Source of the DNA: Gammaproteobacteria bacterium
Lineage (GTDB): Bacteria; Pseudomonadota; Gammaproteobacteria; Eutrophobiales; Eutrophobiaceae
DNA length: 64,000 bases
Direction: 5' to 3'
NCBI GenBank assembly: GCA_965238225.1
Contig: OZ250183.1
Span: 800,001 to 864,000 of the forward strand
How positions within the stretch are numbered: position 1 is the stretch's first letter; each line of letters starts with the position of its first letter. Both the position numbers and the translations under genes were made by a program. The notes beneath the pieces were generated by a model. It made no database searches. It was not told where the DNA came from and was given only the letters and a program-made list of their open reading frames with translations. Positions 44,490 through 55,466 of the stretch are shown here, one piece after another.

Positions 44490-45245
44490 ATGCCACGTTT
44501 TGAACACAAAGCCGTTGTGGTAACTGGTGCAAGCAGCGGTATTGGTGAGGCAATAGCCACAACTTTTACCCATGAGGGCGCAAAGCTTGTAGTGAACTAC
44601 AATCATTCCAGAGAAAAAGCAGAGTGTATTGTTAAAAAAATCAATGCCTGCGGTGGTGAAGCCTTTGCGATTAAAGCAGACGTATCTTGCCCAAAGGGTG
44701 CAAAATTTCTTGTTGATGAAGCATTGTCCCAATTAGGACAGATTGATATCTGGGTAAATAATGCCGGGGCAAATATTTTGACAGGCAAAGGTGCAGAAGC
44801 GAACGAACAAGAAAAATTACAATCACTCATTAACGTTGATCTACAAGGCACGATTAATTGCTCTTGGGGCGTTGTGCCTGTCATGGAGCAGGCAGGTCAT
44901 GGTGTCATCATCAATATGACATGGGATTTGGCAACTCATGGATTTCAGGGTAAGCATCCGCAGATGTTTGCTGCGGTAAAAGCAGGCGTTCAAGGCTTTA
45001 GTCAATCTTTAGCCAAGACTGTTGCGCCCGATATAAGAGTGAATCTCATCGCACCTGGCTGGATTAAAACGGCATTTGCAGAAGACGCGATGAAAGAAAT
45101 TTATTATAAAGAGCGCATCAGCGAAATCCCAATGAAACGTTTTGGAACGCCTCAAGATGTTGCTAATGCCGCACTTTATTTAGCTTCAGACGAAGCAGCT
45201 TATATCACAGGTCAAATTATTAAGATTAATGGCGGTTTGGTTTAA
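44490..45245 (+). CDS. Atypical short-chain dehydrogenase/reductase
   Basis: TGASSGIG, NNAG, RVNLIAPG, ITGQ; FAAVK in place of YxxxK. Confidence 0.9.
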   Translation: MPRFEHKAVVVTGASSGIGEAIATTFTHEGAKLVVNYNHSREKAECIVKKINACGGEAFAIKADVSCPKGAKFLVDEALSQLGQIDIWVNNAGANILTGKGAEANEQEKLQSLINVDLQGTINCSWGVVPVMEQAGHGVIINMTWDLATHGFQGKHPQMFAAVKAGVQGFSQSLAKTVAPDIRVNLIAPGWIKTAFAEDAMKEIYYKERISEIPMKRFGTPQDVANAALYLASDEAAYITGQIIKINGGLV

Positions 45246-45757
45246 TAATGAAGTAATGAATGCGTATGATATTGCGCTAAAAGACCCCTGCCATTTAAAT
45301 CGTCAAGTTCAACAAGGAATGCGCATGCAGAAATTTCCGCGCCCAGTTTTTCTATCAAATGACAACTAGCAGAGGCGGTACCGCCTGTTGCGATTAAATC
45401 ATCAACCAGCAAGACTTTATCATGACTGTCTAAAGCATCTGTGTGGATTTCTAGCGATGCTGAGCCATATTCAAGCTTATAGGAGGCGGTTTTTGTGTCG
45501 CAGGGTAATTTACCGGGTTTGCGTAACGGCACAAAGCCAACGTCCAACACCCATGCAGCAAGGCTGCCAAATATAAAGCCTCTTGCCTCAATACCAGCAA
45601 CGGCAGTAATGTCTGTATCAAGGAACGGCTGTGTCAGTTGATTGATGGCAAGGCGTAACATTGCCGGGTTTTTGATGAGCGGCGTGATATCTCTAAATTG
45701 TATGCCTAGCTTGGGGAAATCAGGAATATTGCGAATATGATCTTTTAGTTGTTCCAT
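45242..45757 (-). CDS. apt: Adenine phosphoribosyltransferase
   Basis: PDFPK.GIQFRDIT, IEARGF, RKPGKLP, LEYG, VDDLIATGGT. Confidence 0.97.
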   Translation of the reverse strand: MEQLKDHIRNIPDFPKLGIQFRDITPLIKNPAMLRLAINQLTQPFLDTDITAVAGIEARGFIFGSLAAWVLDVGFVPLRKPGKLPCDTKTASYKLEYGSASLEIHTDALDSHDKVLLVDDLIATGGTASASCHLIEKLGAEISACAFLVELDDLNGRGLLAQYHTHSLLHY

Positions 45758-45840
45758 TCAGTAGCCTCAAATGATATAAATTTTTTTTGCATTATCTTTT
45801 TGTATTTATCTTTGATTCGGATTTAAGGTTTTTGCAGGTT

Positions 45841-48042
45841 TCATGAATCTTTGATCCAGCTTGAATCTCCATCTTTTGCCTGTTTTACTATTTGTGTTAG
45901 CGTAACGTAATCCGTTTTTCCTGTACCCAGAACAGGCAGCCCCTTAGACAACAATATCTTTTTTGGCAAAAATAATTCACTATGGTTGTTTTCTTTTATG
46001 TGTGTTTGAAAATGTTTCCTGAGCGCATCTTTGTTGTCTGTAATCAGGATAATTTTCTCACCTTTTTTATCATCTGAAAGACTGCAGGCAGCATGGTTAA
46101 ATCCTGGCCATATTTGTGTCGCTAATTCTTCGATCGCAGTGAGCGAAATCATTTCTCCCCCTATTTTTGCAAAACGCTTTGTTCTGCCTATGATATAAAG
46201 GTATCCATCTTCATCGATACGGGCTATATCGCCTGTGTCGTACCATCCACGGCCACGGTAAGATTGAGGAGCTTGTATTTCACCATCTGATTCTGCAAGT
46301 AAATAACCGAGCATCACATTCGGCCCTTTAACAAAAAGTTTCCCGCCTTCTTCAATTCCTTCTACCGGATCTAGGTAATATTCCATTTTAGAAACCAAAC
46401 GGCCAACAGAACCAAGCTTGTTTTGCATGGGGGTATTGACGGAAATTACCGGGCTTGTCTCTGTGACACCGTACCCTTGATAAATGCGGATACCAAATTT
46501 TTCCATCCAGATTTTTTGTGTCTCATCATGCAATCTTTCAGCCCCCGCCACAGCGTAGCGTAAAGTACGAAAGTCGTACGGATGGGCATGATGTGCATAA
46601 CCTCTAAAAAAGGTATTTGATCCAAATAAAATGGTTGCTTGGAGTTCATAGACCAGCTCAGGAATAATTCGGTAATGCAATGGCGTTGGGTAGAGAAATA
46701 TTTTACTGCCACCAAGGAGCGGCATAAGGAAACCAGCGTTAAAGCCAAATGAATGAAACAGTGGCAAGCATGAAAAAATTATATCTTGAGGTCTAAAATC
46801 AATGTGACAACTGACTTGGGCATAATTTGCAAGGACGTTTTTATGCGAAAGGACAACACCTTTAGGCGAACCTTCAGAACCAGAAGTAAAAAGGATGACT
46901 CCAGGGCTATCAGGAGAGATATCTTTTGATAAACGACGGTAATGGGCTTGTGGGTAAAAACTTCTTATTAATCCTGTTAATTTATCAAAGATCGAGATAT
47001 GAGCACCCAAGTCTTCTAAATAAACCAAATGTATTTTTTCTTCAAGTGCGGTTGCCAGATCTTCCAGTTTGGCATTCTCAATAAATTTTCTGGAGGTATA
47101 AACCGTTTTTATCTTGGCTGTTTCACAAGCACGGATAGCGACTTGAGCTCCCGATGTGAAGTTTATCATTGCCGGGACGCGCATCGCATATTGTACTGCG
47201 AGGAACGTTACCAAGGTTGTAGTCACATTGGGCAGCATAATACCGATATGCTCATTTGTATCTGTTTGTTTATACAAGGTATTGCCAAGTATCATTGCTT
47301 TTGTGATGAGCTTTTTATACGAAATTGGTTGGCGATTGATATCTTCAATAACTAACCGGTTTCCCCCATAACGTTCGGCAGCATTTAACATTGCACTGAA
47401 GATGGTAGTGCGATGATTGAAAGAATTGTAAGTCAGCAAGTACATGATGTCCTGCATCCATATGGCCGCACGTTTTCTACGATCATGTCCGCAAATGTTG
47501 TCGTCAATATTAAATTTTACAGGTGCAAGTATGGTCAATGTGATACGAGGAAAGTAAACGACAAACCCTTGTTTTTTTAAATACGAGAACGGAGAAAATT
47601 TTGCACCATCTATTGCAACAGGCAATACGGCGGCACCAGATTTATCTGCAATCAACCCTGAACCTTCGTATATCTTCATTAAAGAACCAGTAGTTGTGAT
47701 TCTCCCCTCAGGGAAAATAACGGCTTTTTTATCCTGGCAGAGAAATTTGACCATGGATTTTATCGACAAGGGGTTCATTGGATCCATGATGAATAGATCA
47801 GCAAAATTCTGGCAAAACCTGAGTGATTTTCTGCTGGCGATACGTGTATTAATTGCAAAAGTCGGAGTTTCAGGCAACCACGCGTAGAATAATATTCCAT
47901 CAAGGAGTGATGTGTGATTTGCAACTATCAAGACACGGTTTCCTGCTGCCTCGTAGTGTTCCATGCCAGTGACTTCAACGCGATATAAAAACCTGAGAAG
48001 ACCACGGAGGAAGAACTTAAAAAGTTTAACCATGAGGTACAA
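45841..48042 (-). CDS. aas: Bifunctional 2-acyl-GPE acyltransferase/acyl-ACP synthetase
   Basis: NHTSLLD and FPEGR acyltransferase motifs fused to FTSGSEGSPKGV and GYGVTE AMP-binding motifs. Confidence 0.92.
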   Translation of the reverse strand: MYLMVKLFKFFLRGLLRFLYRVEVTGMEHYEAAGNRVLIVANHTSLLDGILFYAWLPETPTFAINTRIASRKSLRFCQNFADLFIMDPMNPLSIKSMVKFLCQDKKAVIFPEGRITTTGSLMKIYEGSGLIADKSGAAVLPVAIDGAKFSPFSYLKKQGFVVYFPRITLTILAPVKFNIDDNICGHDRRKRAAIWMQDIMYLLTYNSFNHRTTIFSAMLNAAERYGGNRLVIEDINRQPISYKKLITKAMILGNTLYKQTDTNEHIGIMLPNVTTTLVTFLAVQYAMRVPAMINFTSGAQVAIRACETAKIKTVYTSRKFIENAKLEDLATALEEKIHLVYLEDLGAHISIFDKLTGLIRSFYPQAHYRRLSKDISPDSPGVILFTSGSEGSPKGVVLSHKNVLANYAQVSCHIDFRPQDIIFSCLPLFHSFGFNAGFLMPLLGGSKIFLYPTPLHYRIIPELVYELQATILFGSNTFFRGYAHHAHPYDFRTLRYAVAGAERLHDETQKIWMEKFGIRIYQGYGVTETSPVISVNTPMQNKLGSVGRLVSKMEYYLDPVEGIEEGGKLFVKGPNVMLGYLLAESDGEIQAPQSYRGRGWYDTGDIARIDEDGYLYIIGRTKRFAKIGGEMISLTAIEELATQIWPGFNHAACSLSDDKKGEKIILITDNKDALRKHFQTHIKENNHSELFLPKKILLSKGLPVLGTGKTDYVTLTQIVKQAKDGDSSWIKDS

Positions 48043-48056
48043 ATGAGATTGAAATT

Positions 48057-49706
48057 TTACGCGCCTTTAGGTGATGTTCCTGTGTAGATATTCAGGAGTT
48101 GGCCTGGTTTTATGTAGCGTTTTTCCGCCAGACTGTTCCATTCTTTGATTTGACGTATTGAAACACCGAAGCGTTTGGAAATTAGCCATAGCGAATCACC
48201 TTGCAAAACCTGATAACTGACATGTTGTGCGTTATCGGTATCTGTTTTTATGGAACTAAGCAGCGTTTTTTTTGCAATTTTATTTGTTTCACCGTCAATC
48301 CATACCTCTAGTTTCTTGCCGGGCAGCAATATTGATTTACTCGAGATAGCATTCCAAGCACAGAGCTCTTTTACGCTAACGCCATAATGTTGGCCAATAT
48401 CCCATAAACTGTCACCACGTTTTGTTGTGTAGATATAACGCGTGCCATCACCGGTATATTTAAGACCCTTATAGCGACGAGCGTCTAGACTCAGGCTGTA
48501 ATATTTTAAAGGTTTCTGTGCAGTCGGGATTAAAAGTGGGTGTCCGGCATGAATAGTATTGCTCTTAAGGCGGTTTATCTGTTTTAGTGTTGCAATACTT
48601 GTTTTATAGCGTGCCGCGATAAGGCTTAGAGACTCGCCTTTTTTAATTTTGTGTTGCTGCCAATTAATGCGATCATTAGGTGAGATTGAGGCAAGCTTAT
48701 TCTCGAATGCAGAGGCTTTATTAACGGGGATGAGTAAACGGTGAGGACCTTTTGGGTGAGTGGCCCATCGATTAAAACCCGAGTTTAATGTATAGAGTTC
48801 TTCAATTGATAGTTCGGCAAGCTCTGCTGCTATTGCAAGATCAATTTGACTTTTGGTATCTATTATTTCGAAATATTGGGTATTGGCGATTGGTTTGAGC
48901 GTAATTTTATATTTACTCGGATCGGAAACGATTTCAGCAGCGGCAAGTAAGCTCGGGACATACCCACGCGTTTCTCTTGGTAATCTTAATGAAAAAAAAT
49001 CAATTGCTTTACCAGCTTTCTTATTACGTTTTATGGCTCGCGCAACATTTCCTTCACCGTAGTTGTAAGCTGCGAGTGCCAACAACCAGTCATCGTTAAA
49101 TTCCTTATGGAGTTTCTGCAGGTAATTCAAGGCCGCATCTGTTGCAGCGATAATATCTCTACGCCCGTCATACCACCAGTTTTGTTTTAAGCCATAATTT
49201 TTCCCAGTAGCAGGGATAAATTGCCATATTCCTGAGGCGTGGCTAGGGGAATAAGCGAATGGGTAGTATGCGCTTTCAACAACGGGTAAGAGTGCAATAT
49301 CCAGAGGCATATCCCGTTTTTCAAGTTCCTCAACGATATAATAGAGGTATGGTGAGGCGCGTTCTGATACTCGGTCAAGATACGCCTGATTTCTAACATA
49401 CCAAGCAAGCTTGTCTGCAGTGGTTTTTTTTGAGATATCTCTTTTTAGTCGTAACCCCGCTGCAATACGCCTCCACGTGTCAATCTCTTTGCCAGCAAGC
49501 TTATTTTTTCCAGAGCTTGTGGTAATTGATAATCTTGGATTTTTTCCAATATGTGTATTTATATTCTGACCTTGAGTTCCGGTCTTGGTGTTGGCATCTG
49601 CCAGAGATTTAGAAGCAATATTAGCCTTATCATGATGTGATGTGAGATTACATGCACTGAGGAAAAAGATTGCAAGAAGAAAGTACGCAGTGGATGATTT
49701 TCTCAT
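48057..49706 (-). CDS. mltD: Membrane-bound lytic murein transglycosylase D
   Basis: LSAC lipobox, SLT domain (VVESAY, GIWQF, AAYNYG, LPRETRGY), three LysM domains. Confidence 0.93.
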   Translation of the reverse strand: MRKSSTAYFLLAIFFLSACNLTSHHDKANIASKSLADANTKTGTQGQNINTHIGKNPRLSITTSSGKNKLAGKEIDTWRRIAAGLRLKRDISKKTTADKLAWYVRNQAYLDRVSERASPYLYYIVEELEKRDMPLDIALLPVVESAYYPFAYSPSHASGIWQFIPATGKNYGLKQNWWYDGRRDIIAATDAALNYLQKLHKEFNDDWLLALAAYNYGEGNVARAIKRNKKAGKAIDFFSLRLPRETRGYVPSLLAAAEIVSDPSKYKITLKPIANTQYFEIIDTKSQIDLAIAAELAELSIEELYTLNSGFNRWATHPKGPHRLLIPVNKASAFENKLASISPNDRINWQQHKIKKGESLSLIAARYKTSIATLKQINRLKSNTIHAGHPLLIPTAQKPLKYYSLSLDARRYKGLKYTGDGTRYIYTTKRGDSLWDIGQHYGVSVKELCAWNAISSKSILLPGKKLEVWIDGETNKIAKKTLLSSIKTDTDNAQHVSYQVLQGDSLWLISKRFGVSIRQIKEWNSLAEKRYIKPGQLLNIYTGTSPKGA

Positions 49707-49844
49707 TGCGCAATGCTAGGGCTGAGAAGCTAATTGGTCAAGCAAAAACATCTATGTTAGAGGTGTTTTTTTATTATGTTAAGCTCTGGTTGGGTTGATT
49801 ATTAGAAATAACCATCTTAATTGAGTATGACTTTAGTAATGAAT

Positions 49845-50327
49845 ATGAGCAATGAAATAACAAAGACGAATAAGCAGGTTGAAATATTTACTGATGGTGC
49901 TTGTCGCGGTAATCCTGGCCCGGGGGGGTGGGGGGTGTTGCTGCGCTTTCAGGAAAAAGAAAAAACATTGTATGGCGGCGAGCTTGAAACGACAAACAAT
50001 AGAATGGAACTAACAGCCGTAATTATCGGACTAGAATCACTCAGCGAACCTTGCAATGTTATTTTAACAACTGATTCAAAATATGTTATGAATGGCATTA
50101 CAGATTGGATCGAGGGCTGGAAGAAAAGACAATGGAAAACAGCAGCAAAAAGGCCTGTCAAGAATGAGGGTTTGTGGCGACGTTTGGATACAGTTAGGAA
50201 TCAACATCAAATAAATTGGCGATGGGTAAAAGGTCATAGTGGCCATCGTGAAAATGAATTGGCGGATGCCCTTGCAAATAAAGGAGTAAATGAATTGCAA
50301 TTAGAAAACAACAAAGGCAAATTCTGA
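49845..50327 (+). CDS. rnhA: Ribonuclease HI
   Basis: [38 protein letters not shown]. Confidence 0.97.
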   Translation: MSNEITKTNKQVEIFTDGACRGNPGPGGWGVLLRFQEKEKTLYGGELETTNNRMELTAVIIGLESLSEPCNVILTTDSKYVMNGITDWIEGWKKRQWKTAAKRPVKNEGLWRRLDTVRNQHQINWRWVKGHSGHRENELADALANKGVNELQLENNKGKF

Positions 50328-50363
50328 ATATGTCACAGCAAACTTTTAAGGAGTCATTCTGGT

Positions 50364-51089
50364 ATGCGTCAGATAGTACTTGATACCGAAACAACGGGCT
50401 TAGAGCCAAAACAGGGTCACCGTATTATTGAGATTGGTTGTGTCGAATTGACTAATCGTCGCAAGACCGGCAATCATTATCAACAGTATTTAAATCCCGG
50501 GCGTGAGATTGAAGATGGTGCTTATGATGTGCATGGTATTAGCGATGCTTTTTTAAAAGACAAACCGATTTTTGCCGATGCTGCCCAGGAATTTATTAAT
50601 TTTATTAAAGATAGTGAGCTGATTATCCATAATGCACCATTTGACCTTGGTTTTATTAATGCAGAATTGAAAAAATTGGGTCGCAAATGGGGTAAAATTG
50701 AAGACTATTGCATCGTTATCGATACCTTGGTTATAGCCAGAAAGATGCATCCTGGGCAAAAAAATAGTCTTGATGCACTTTGCAAAAGATATGAAATAGA
50801 TAATTCGCACCGCGATGTTCACGGCGCGTTGCTGGATGCGCAGATTCTATCAGATGTGTATCTGGCGATGACGGGCGGACAAACAGATCTTTTGCTGCAT
50901 GATAATGAGCCAAGTTACAGCCAAAATCCTGATAAAGTGAGGCAGCTTTCCGAGGATCGACCAAAATTACGCATCATCACCCCGACTTGCGAAGAACTGG
51001 AAGCCCATTTTAAGAAACTTGAAGCAGTGGACAAAGAAAGCAACGGGCATTGCTTATGGAAAAATGCTAAGGGGCAGTTTGATGGTTAA
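50364..51089 (+). CDS. dnaQ: DNA polymerase III epsilon subunit
   Basis: VLDTETTG, HNAPFD, HGALLDA, MTGGQ. Confidence 0.97.
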   Translation: MRQIVLDTETTGLEPKQGHRIIEIGCVELTNRRKTGNHYQQYLNPGREIEDGAYDVHGISDAFLKDKPIFADAAQEFINFIKDSELIIHNAPFDLGFINAELKKLGRKWGKIEDYCIVIDTLVIARKMHPGQKNSLDALCKRYEIDNSHRDVHGALLDAQILSDVYLAMTGGQTDLLLHDNEPSYSQNPDKVRQLSEDRPKLRIITPTCEELEAHFKKLEAVDKESNGHCLWKNAKGQFDG

Positions 51090-51238
51090 TTTTATTTAAG
51101 CTTGGTATTGGCATGGAACGATGATGCTGTAGCGTGATTATTGCCTCCTTAATTCTGTATTTTTCCAAAAAAATACTCACCCAAAAAAACATCATCCCAA
51201 AAATATCATTAATTAATCCATCAATCTCCAATGTTGAA

Positions 51239-51553
51239 TCAATCTGTGGCGGTGTCGATCATTACTTGTAATTCCCCTTTTTGAAATAAATCCATGACAA
51301 TGTCGCAACCGCCGATCAACTCACCTTTGACAAATAATTGTGGAAATGTAGGCCAGTTAGAATATTGTGGCAAGTCAGAGCGGATTTCTGGTTCGGCAAG
51401 GACATCAATGTATGTAAAATCTGCATTACAGGCTTTCAATGCTTCCGATGTGCGTTTGGAGAAGCCACATTGCGGCGCCTCTGGAGAACCCTTCATGAAA
51501 ATAATGATATCATTATTTTCAATTACATTTTTGATGCGTTCTTGTGTATCCAT
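51239..51553 (-). CDS. grxD: Monothiol glutaredoxin
   Basis: MKG.P..PQCGFS, WPTFPQL, GGCD. Confidence 0.96.
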   Translation of the reverse strand: MDTQERIKNVIENNDIIIFMKGSPEAPQCGFSKRTSEALKACNADFTYIDVLAEPEIRSDLPQYSNWPTFPQLFVKGELIGGCDIVMDLFQKGELQVMIDTATD

Positions 51554-51790
51554 CTTCTTACAAGCTCCTCAATAAGGAAGATTAATTAATTCGGCGAACA
51601 TTATAGCATGTTAAATATTTTATTTTTTAAACATCAATATCTAAAACACTTAAAAAATTCGGCATTAATTTAGCGCCAGTCATCACGATAGGATTCTGTT
51701 GAATTTTGTCGAATTAAAAGATGAAAGTCAGTAGTTACTCACGTATAATTCGCACGAATTTTTTAATTTATATTGTTATGGAGAATTTAC

Positions 51791-52378
51791 ATGAATCCAC
51801 TTAAATCAGTGAATGGCACGATAATCCTAGGTTTTATTACTGCGTTTGTGATTATATTAGCGGTCGGGGTCGGTGAACTAAATATATGGTCTCTCCTTGT
51901 TTGGCTGCATGTTTTTTTTGGCATTATCTGGATAGGCTTGCTTTATTACTTCAACTTCGTGCAAGTGCCTGCTGTGGGCGCAGCTTTGGCTGATGAAGGC
52001 GGTCCTGGTCCCGCTGCAATTAACAAATATATTGCGCCACGTGCGCTGTGGTGGTTTAGGTGGGGCGCATTACTCACATGGTTAAGTGGCGCTGTCGCAT
52101 TGGAGGTATCGGGAATCGGTTTAAAAGATGCCTTCACCCTGTATGGTGACGCGCAAGTTATTGGTATAGGTGCATGGTTAGGAACCATTATGTTGTTTAA
52201 TGTTTGGGTTTTAATTTGGCCAAACCAGAAGAAAATATTAGGTATTGTCGAAGCCAGCGCCGATGAAATTGCAAAAGGCAAAATGGTGGCATTGATGGCA
52301 TCAAGAACCAATACGCTTTTATCCATACCTATGATTATGTGCATGGTGGGCTATGGTCATGGTGGCCTTCCTTTCTAG
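51791..52378 (+). CDS. Urate hydroxylase PuuD-like membrane protein (no cytochrome c domain)
   Basis: WLH..GI.WIGLLYYFNF, ALWWFRWGA, GTIMLFNVW.LIWPNQKK, SRTNTLLSIPM; GGAG RBS before ATG 51791. Confidence 0.82.
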   Translation: MNPLKSVNGTIILGFITAFVIILAVGVGELNIWSLLVWLHVFFGIIWIGLLYYFNFVQVPAVGAALADEGGPGPAAINKYIAPRALWWFRWGALLTWLSGAVALEVSGIGLKDAFTLYGDAQVIGIGAWLGTIMLFNVWVLIWPNQKKILGIVEASADEIAKGKMVALMASRTNTLLSIPMIMCMVGYGHGGLPF

Positions 52379-52416
52379 TAGAAAAAAGTCTATTTTTTCA
52401 CAAAATTTGTTTTCTA

Positions 52417-52441
52417 AAATCCGGTCTGACTGACCGGATTT
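52417..52441 (+). terminator. Hairpin, probable terminator
   Basis: AAATCCGGTC-TGACT-GACCGGATTT. Confidence 0.65.
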
Positions 52442-52560
52442 GCCGTTTAGAGCATTGCGATTTTTAATGATTAAGTTCTTAATTACTCATACATAACTTT
52501 GCGGTAAAGAGACCTTAGCCAATAATATTTAGTTTATTTTTTATAAGAAATTAGTTAGTG

Positions 52561-53760
52561 ATGTCACAAAGCCGAGTAGATATTTTGGATAATGCTTTAA
52601 TGTCGAGTTATGAACCTCTGCCCATCGCATTTGAACGTGGGTCAGGTGTCTGGCTGACTTCCCAAGATGGAAAGCAATATCTGGATGCCTTAAGTGGTAT
52701 TGCCGTATGTGGACTCGGTCATGCACATCCTGATGTGGTGCAGGCAATTACAGACCAAGCTGGTAAGTTGTCACATACCTCAAACCTTTATCATATTCCT
52801 TTGCAAGAGGCGCTTGCTGCGCGTCTTACATCGCTTGCTGGAATGGACAAAGTATTTTTCGCAAATTCTGGTGCAGAGGCGAATGAAGCAGCAATCAAGA
52901 TTGCTCGCTTATACGGATGTAATCAAGGAATTGACCATCCAGTCATTATCACAGCGACAAATAGCTTTCATGGCCGAACCATGGCAACCCTTAGTGCTAC
53001 AGGAAATCCCAAGGTGCAAGATGGTTTTAAACCATTGGTCGAAAAATTCGCACATGTTCCCTATAACGACATAGAGGCACTAAATAACAGCACTGTAGAT
53101 AAAAATGTAGTTGCGGTGCTATTGGAACCAATACAGGGTGAAGGGGGTATTATTATTCCAGATCAAGCTTACTTGAAAAACGTACGGAATATCTGCGATC
53201 GAAATAATTGCTTGTTGATTCTAGATGAGATTCAAACAGGCATGTGCCGGACGGGCGCATGGTTTGCCTTTCAACATGAAAATATAAGGCCTGATATAAT
53301 GACTTTAGCCAAGGCCTTGGGAAACGGCATGCCAATAGGCGCATGTCTTGCCAGAGGGGTGGCAGCTCAATTGATTCAGCCAGGAAATCATGGCTCGACG
53401 TTTGGCGGTAACCCTCTGGCCTCACGTGCAGGTCTGGCAGTAATCGATATTTTGTCAAAACAAAAATTACACGAGAATGCAGCAAAACTTGGCGCAGAAA
53501 TGTTGGCATCTTTAAAAAACGGGCTTAATGAAATAGAGGGTGTAGTGTCGATTCGAGGCAAAGGTTTGATGATAGGAGTCGAATTAGACAAAGACTGCAC
53601 TCATTTGGTCACTATGGCGCTGGAAGAACGCCTTTTGATTAACGTCACATCCGAGAATGTTATTCGCTTGTTACCACCGTTAATTATTGATGAGGATATT
53701 GCACAACAAATTGTTGAAAAGGTCATTCGCATCGTCAAAATATTTTTACAACAGGCGTAG
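52561..53760 (+). CDS. argD: Acetylornithine aminotransferase
   Basis: NSGAEANE, SFHGRT, EPIQGEGG, DEIQTG, LAKALGNG, HGSTFGGNP. Confidence 0.95.
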   Translation: MSQSRVDILDNALMSSYEPLPIAFERGSGVWLTSQDGKQYLDALSGIAVCGLGHAHPDVVQAITDQAGKLSHTSNLYHIPLQEALAARLTSLAGMDKVFFANSGAEANEAAIKIARLYGCNQGIDHPVIITATNSFHGRTMATLSATGNPKVQDGFKPLVEKFAHVPYNDIEALNNSTVDKNVVAVLLEPIQGEGGIIIPDQAYLKNVRNICDRNNCLLILDEIQTGMCRTGAWFAFQHENIRPDIMTLAKALGNGMPIGACLARGVAAQLIQPGNHGSTFGGNPLASRAGLAVIDILSKQKLHENAAKLGAEMLASLKNGLNEIEGVVSIRGKGLMIGVELDKDCTHLVTMALEERLLINVTSENVIRLLPPLIIDEDIAQQIVEKVIRIVKIFLQQA

Positions 53761-53777
53761 TCGAACAGGAGTAATTT

Positions 53778-54680
53778 ATGAGCCTGCGACATTTTCTTAA
53801 CTTGACAGATTTGAATGCCAGTGAATTACAGGGTTTGGTAAAACGGGGCATTGAAATTAAGTCAGATTTAAAAAAAGGAGTGTTGCATCAGCCATTGAAA
53901 GGCAAGGTATTGGCGATGATATTTGAGAAATCATCGACACGTACACGCGTATCTTTTGAAGCTGGTATGGCACAGCTTGGCGGTCATGCAATTTTTATGT
54001 CTCCTGATGGCGCTCAATTTGGACGTGGTGAGCCTATTGAAGATACCGCTCGCGTACTATCTGGCATGGCAGATGCCATCATGATCCGTACGTTTGAACA
54101 GGAAAAAATCGAGCGCTTGGCAAGTTATGCGAGTGTGCCGGTTATAAATGGCCTGTCAGATACTTATCATCCCTGTCAGTTGTTGGCCGATATGCAAACC
54201 TATTATGAACATAGGGGTTCAATCGAAAACAAGACAGTTGTCTGGTTAGGGGATGGCAACAATATGTGTCACTCCTATATCAATGCTGCACGGTTGTATG
54301 GCTTTAATTTTCGCTATGTTTGTCCTGAAGGTTATTTGCCTGATGAAGCTATTGTGAGTTCGGCAATTGATCACGTTGAATATTTTCCTGATGCAAAAGC
54401 TGCGGTCAAAGATGCCGACCTTGTGGTGACAGATGTCTGGGCGAGCATGGGCCAAGAAGCAGAAGCTCGTGAACGAGTCAATTTTTTTGCACCCTATCAA
54501 GTCAATACAGAATTGATGACCATTGCCCATAATGCATTGTTTATGCATTGTTTGCCTGCGCACAGAGGGGAAGAAGTCACTGCTGATGTCATTGATGGTG
54601 AGCAAAGTGTGGTTTGGGATGAGGCAGAAAACCGATTGCATGCTCAGAAAGCATTGCTGGAATTTTTACTCATAAAGTAG
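53778..54680 (+). CDS. argF: Ornithine carbamoyltransferase
   Basis: SSTRTR, HPCQ, DVWASMG, HCLP. Confidence 0.97.
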   Translation: MSLRHFLNLTDLNASELQGLVKRGIEIKSDLKKGVLHQPLKGKVLAMIFEKSSTRTRVSFEAGMAQLGGHAIFMSPDGAQFGRGEPIEDTARVLSGMADAIMIRTFEQEKIERLASYASVPVINGLSDTYHPCQLLADMQTYYEHRGSIENKTVVWLGDGNNMCHSYINAARLYGFNFRYVCPEGYLPDEAIVSSAIDHVEYFPDAKAAVKDADLVVTDVWASMGQEAEARERVNFFAPYQVNTELMTIAHNALFMHCLPAHRGEEVTADVIDGEQSVVWDEAENRLHAQKALLEFLLIK

Positions 54681-54689
54681 CTGCTAGGC

Positions 54690-55466
54690 ATGCGCTATCT
54701 ATTAAGTAATGATGATGGTTATCAGGCGATAGGCCTAACAATGCTCGCAGAAGTGCTTAAAGAGTTAGGCGAGGTCATCGTTGTTGCGCCAGAGCGCAAT
54801 AGAAGTGGCGCCAGTAACTCACTAACACTTGATGCCCCCCTCTATGTGCATACAGCTGATAATGGCTTTATTTGCGTAAATGGGACTCCGGCAGACTGCG
54901 TGCACTTGGCCATTACGGGGTTACTTGAAGAGGAGCCAGATATGGTCATAAGCGGAATCAATGCCGGCGCAAATCTGGGTGATGATGTCTTGTACTCAGG
55001 AACAGTGGCAGCTGCAATGGAAGCAAGGTTTTTAGGTTGCCCTGCAATTGCTGTCTCTCTGGCAAGTAAGGGGGATCCTGTTCATTTTGATACCGCCGTC
55101 AGGGTAATTTTGGAAATAATCAAATCATTGCCAAACCAGAATTTTGAAACTGAATTGTTATTGAATGTGAATGTGCCAGACATACCCTATAAGGAGATTG
55201 GTATCTTTGAGGTGACACGCCTTGGCAACAGACACAAACCAGAACCAGCAGTGAAATCTAAAGACCCTAGGGGACAGACTATTTTTTGGGTAGGGTCAGT
55301 GGGTTCAGAACAGGATGCAGGGCCAGGAACGGATTTTCATGCAATTAACAATAACAATGTATCAGTTACACCATTACAAGCTGATTTAACAAAATATAGC
55401 GTTATTGAGGACGTGACTCGGTGGCTTGGCGAAAGACTTAATAAAAGCTTAAAGGATACGCTATGA
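54690..55466 (+). CDS. surE: 5'/3'-nucleotidase SurE
   Basis: LSNDDG, GTPADC, SGIN.GANLG, YSGTV. Confidence 0.97.
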   Translation: MRYLLSNDDGYQAIGLTMLAEVLKELGEVIVVAPERNRSGASNSLTLDAPLYVHTADNGFICVNGTPADCVHLAITGLLEEEPDMVISGINAGANLGDDVLYSGTVAAAMEARFLGCPAIAVSLASKGDPVHFDTAVRVILEIIKSLPNQNFETELLLNVNVPDIPYKEIGIFEVTRLGNRHKPEPAVKSKDPRGQTIFWVGSVGSEQDAGPGTDFHAINNNNVSVTPLQADLTKYSVIEDVTRWLGERLNKSLKDTL

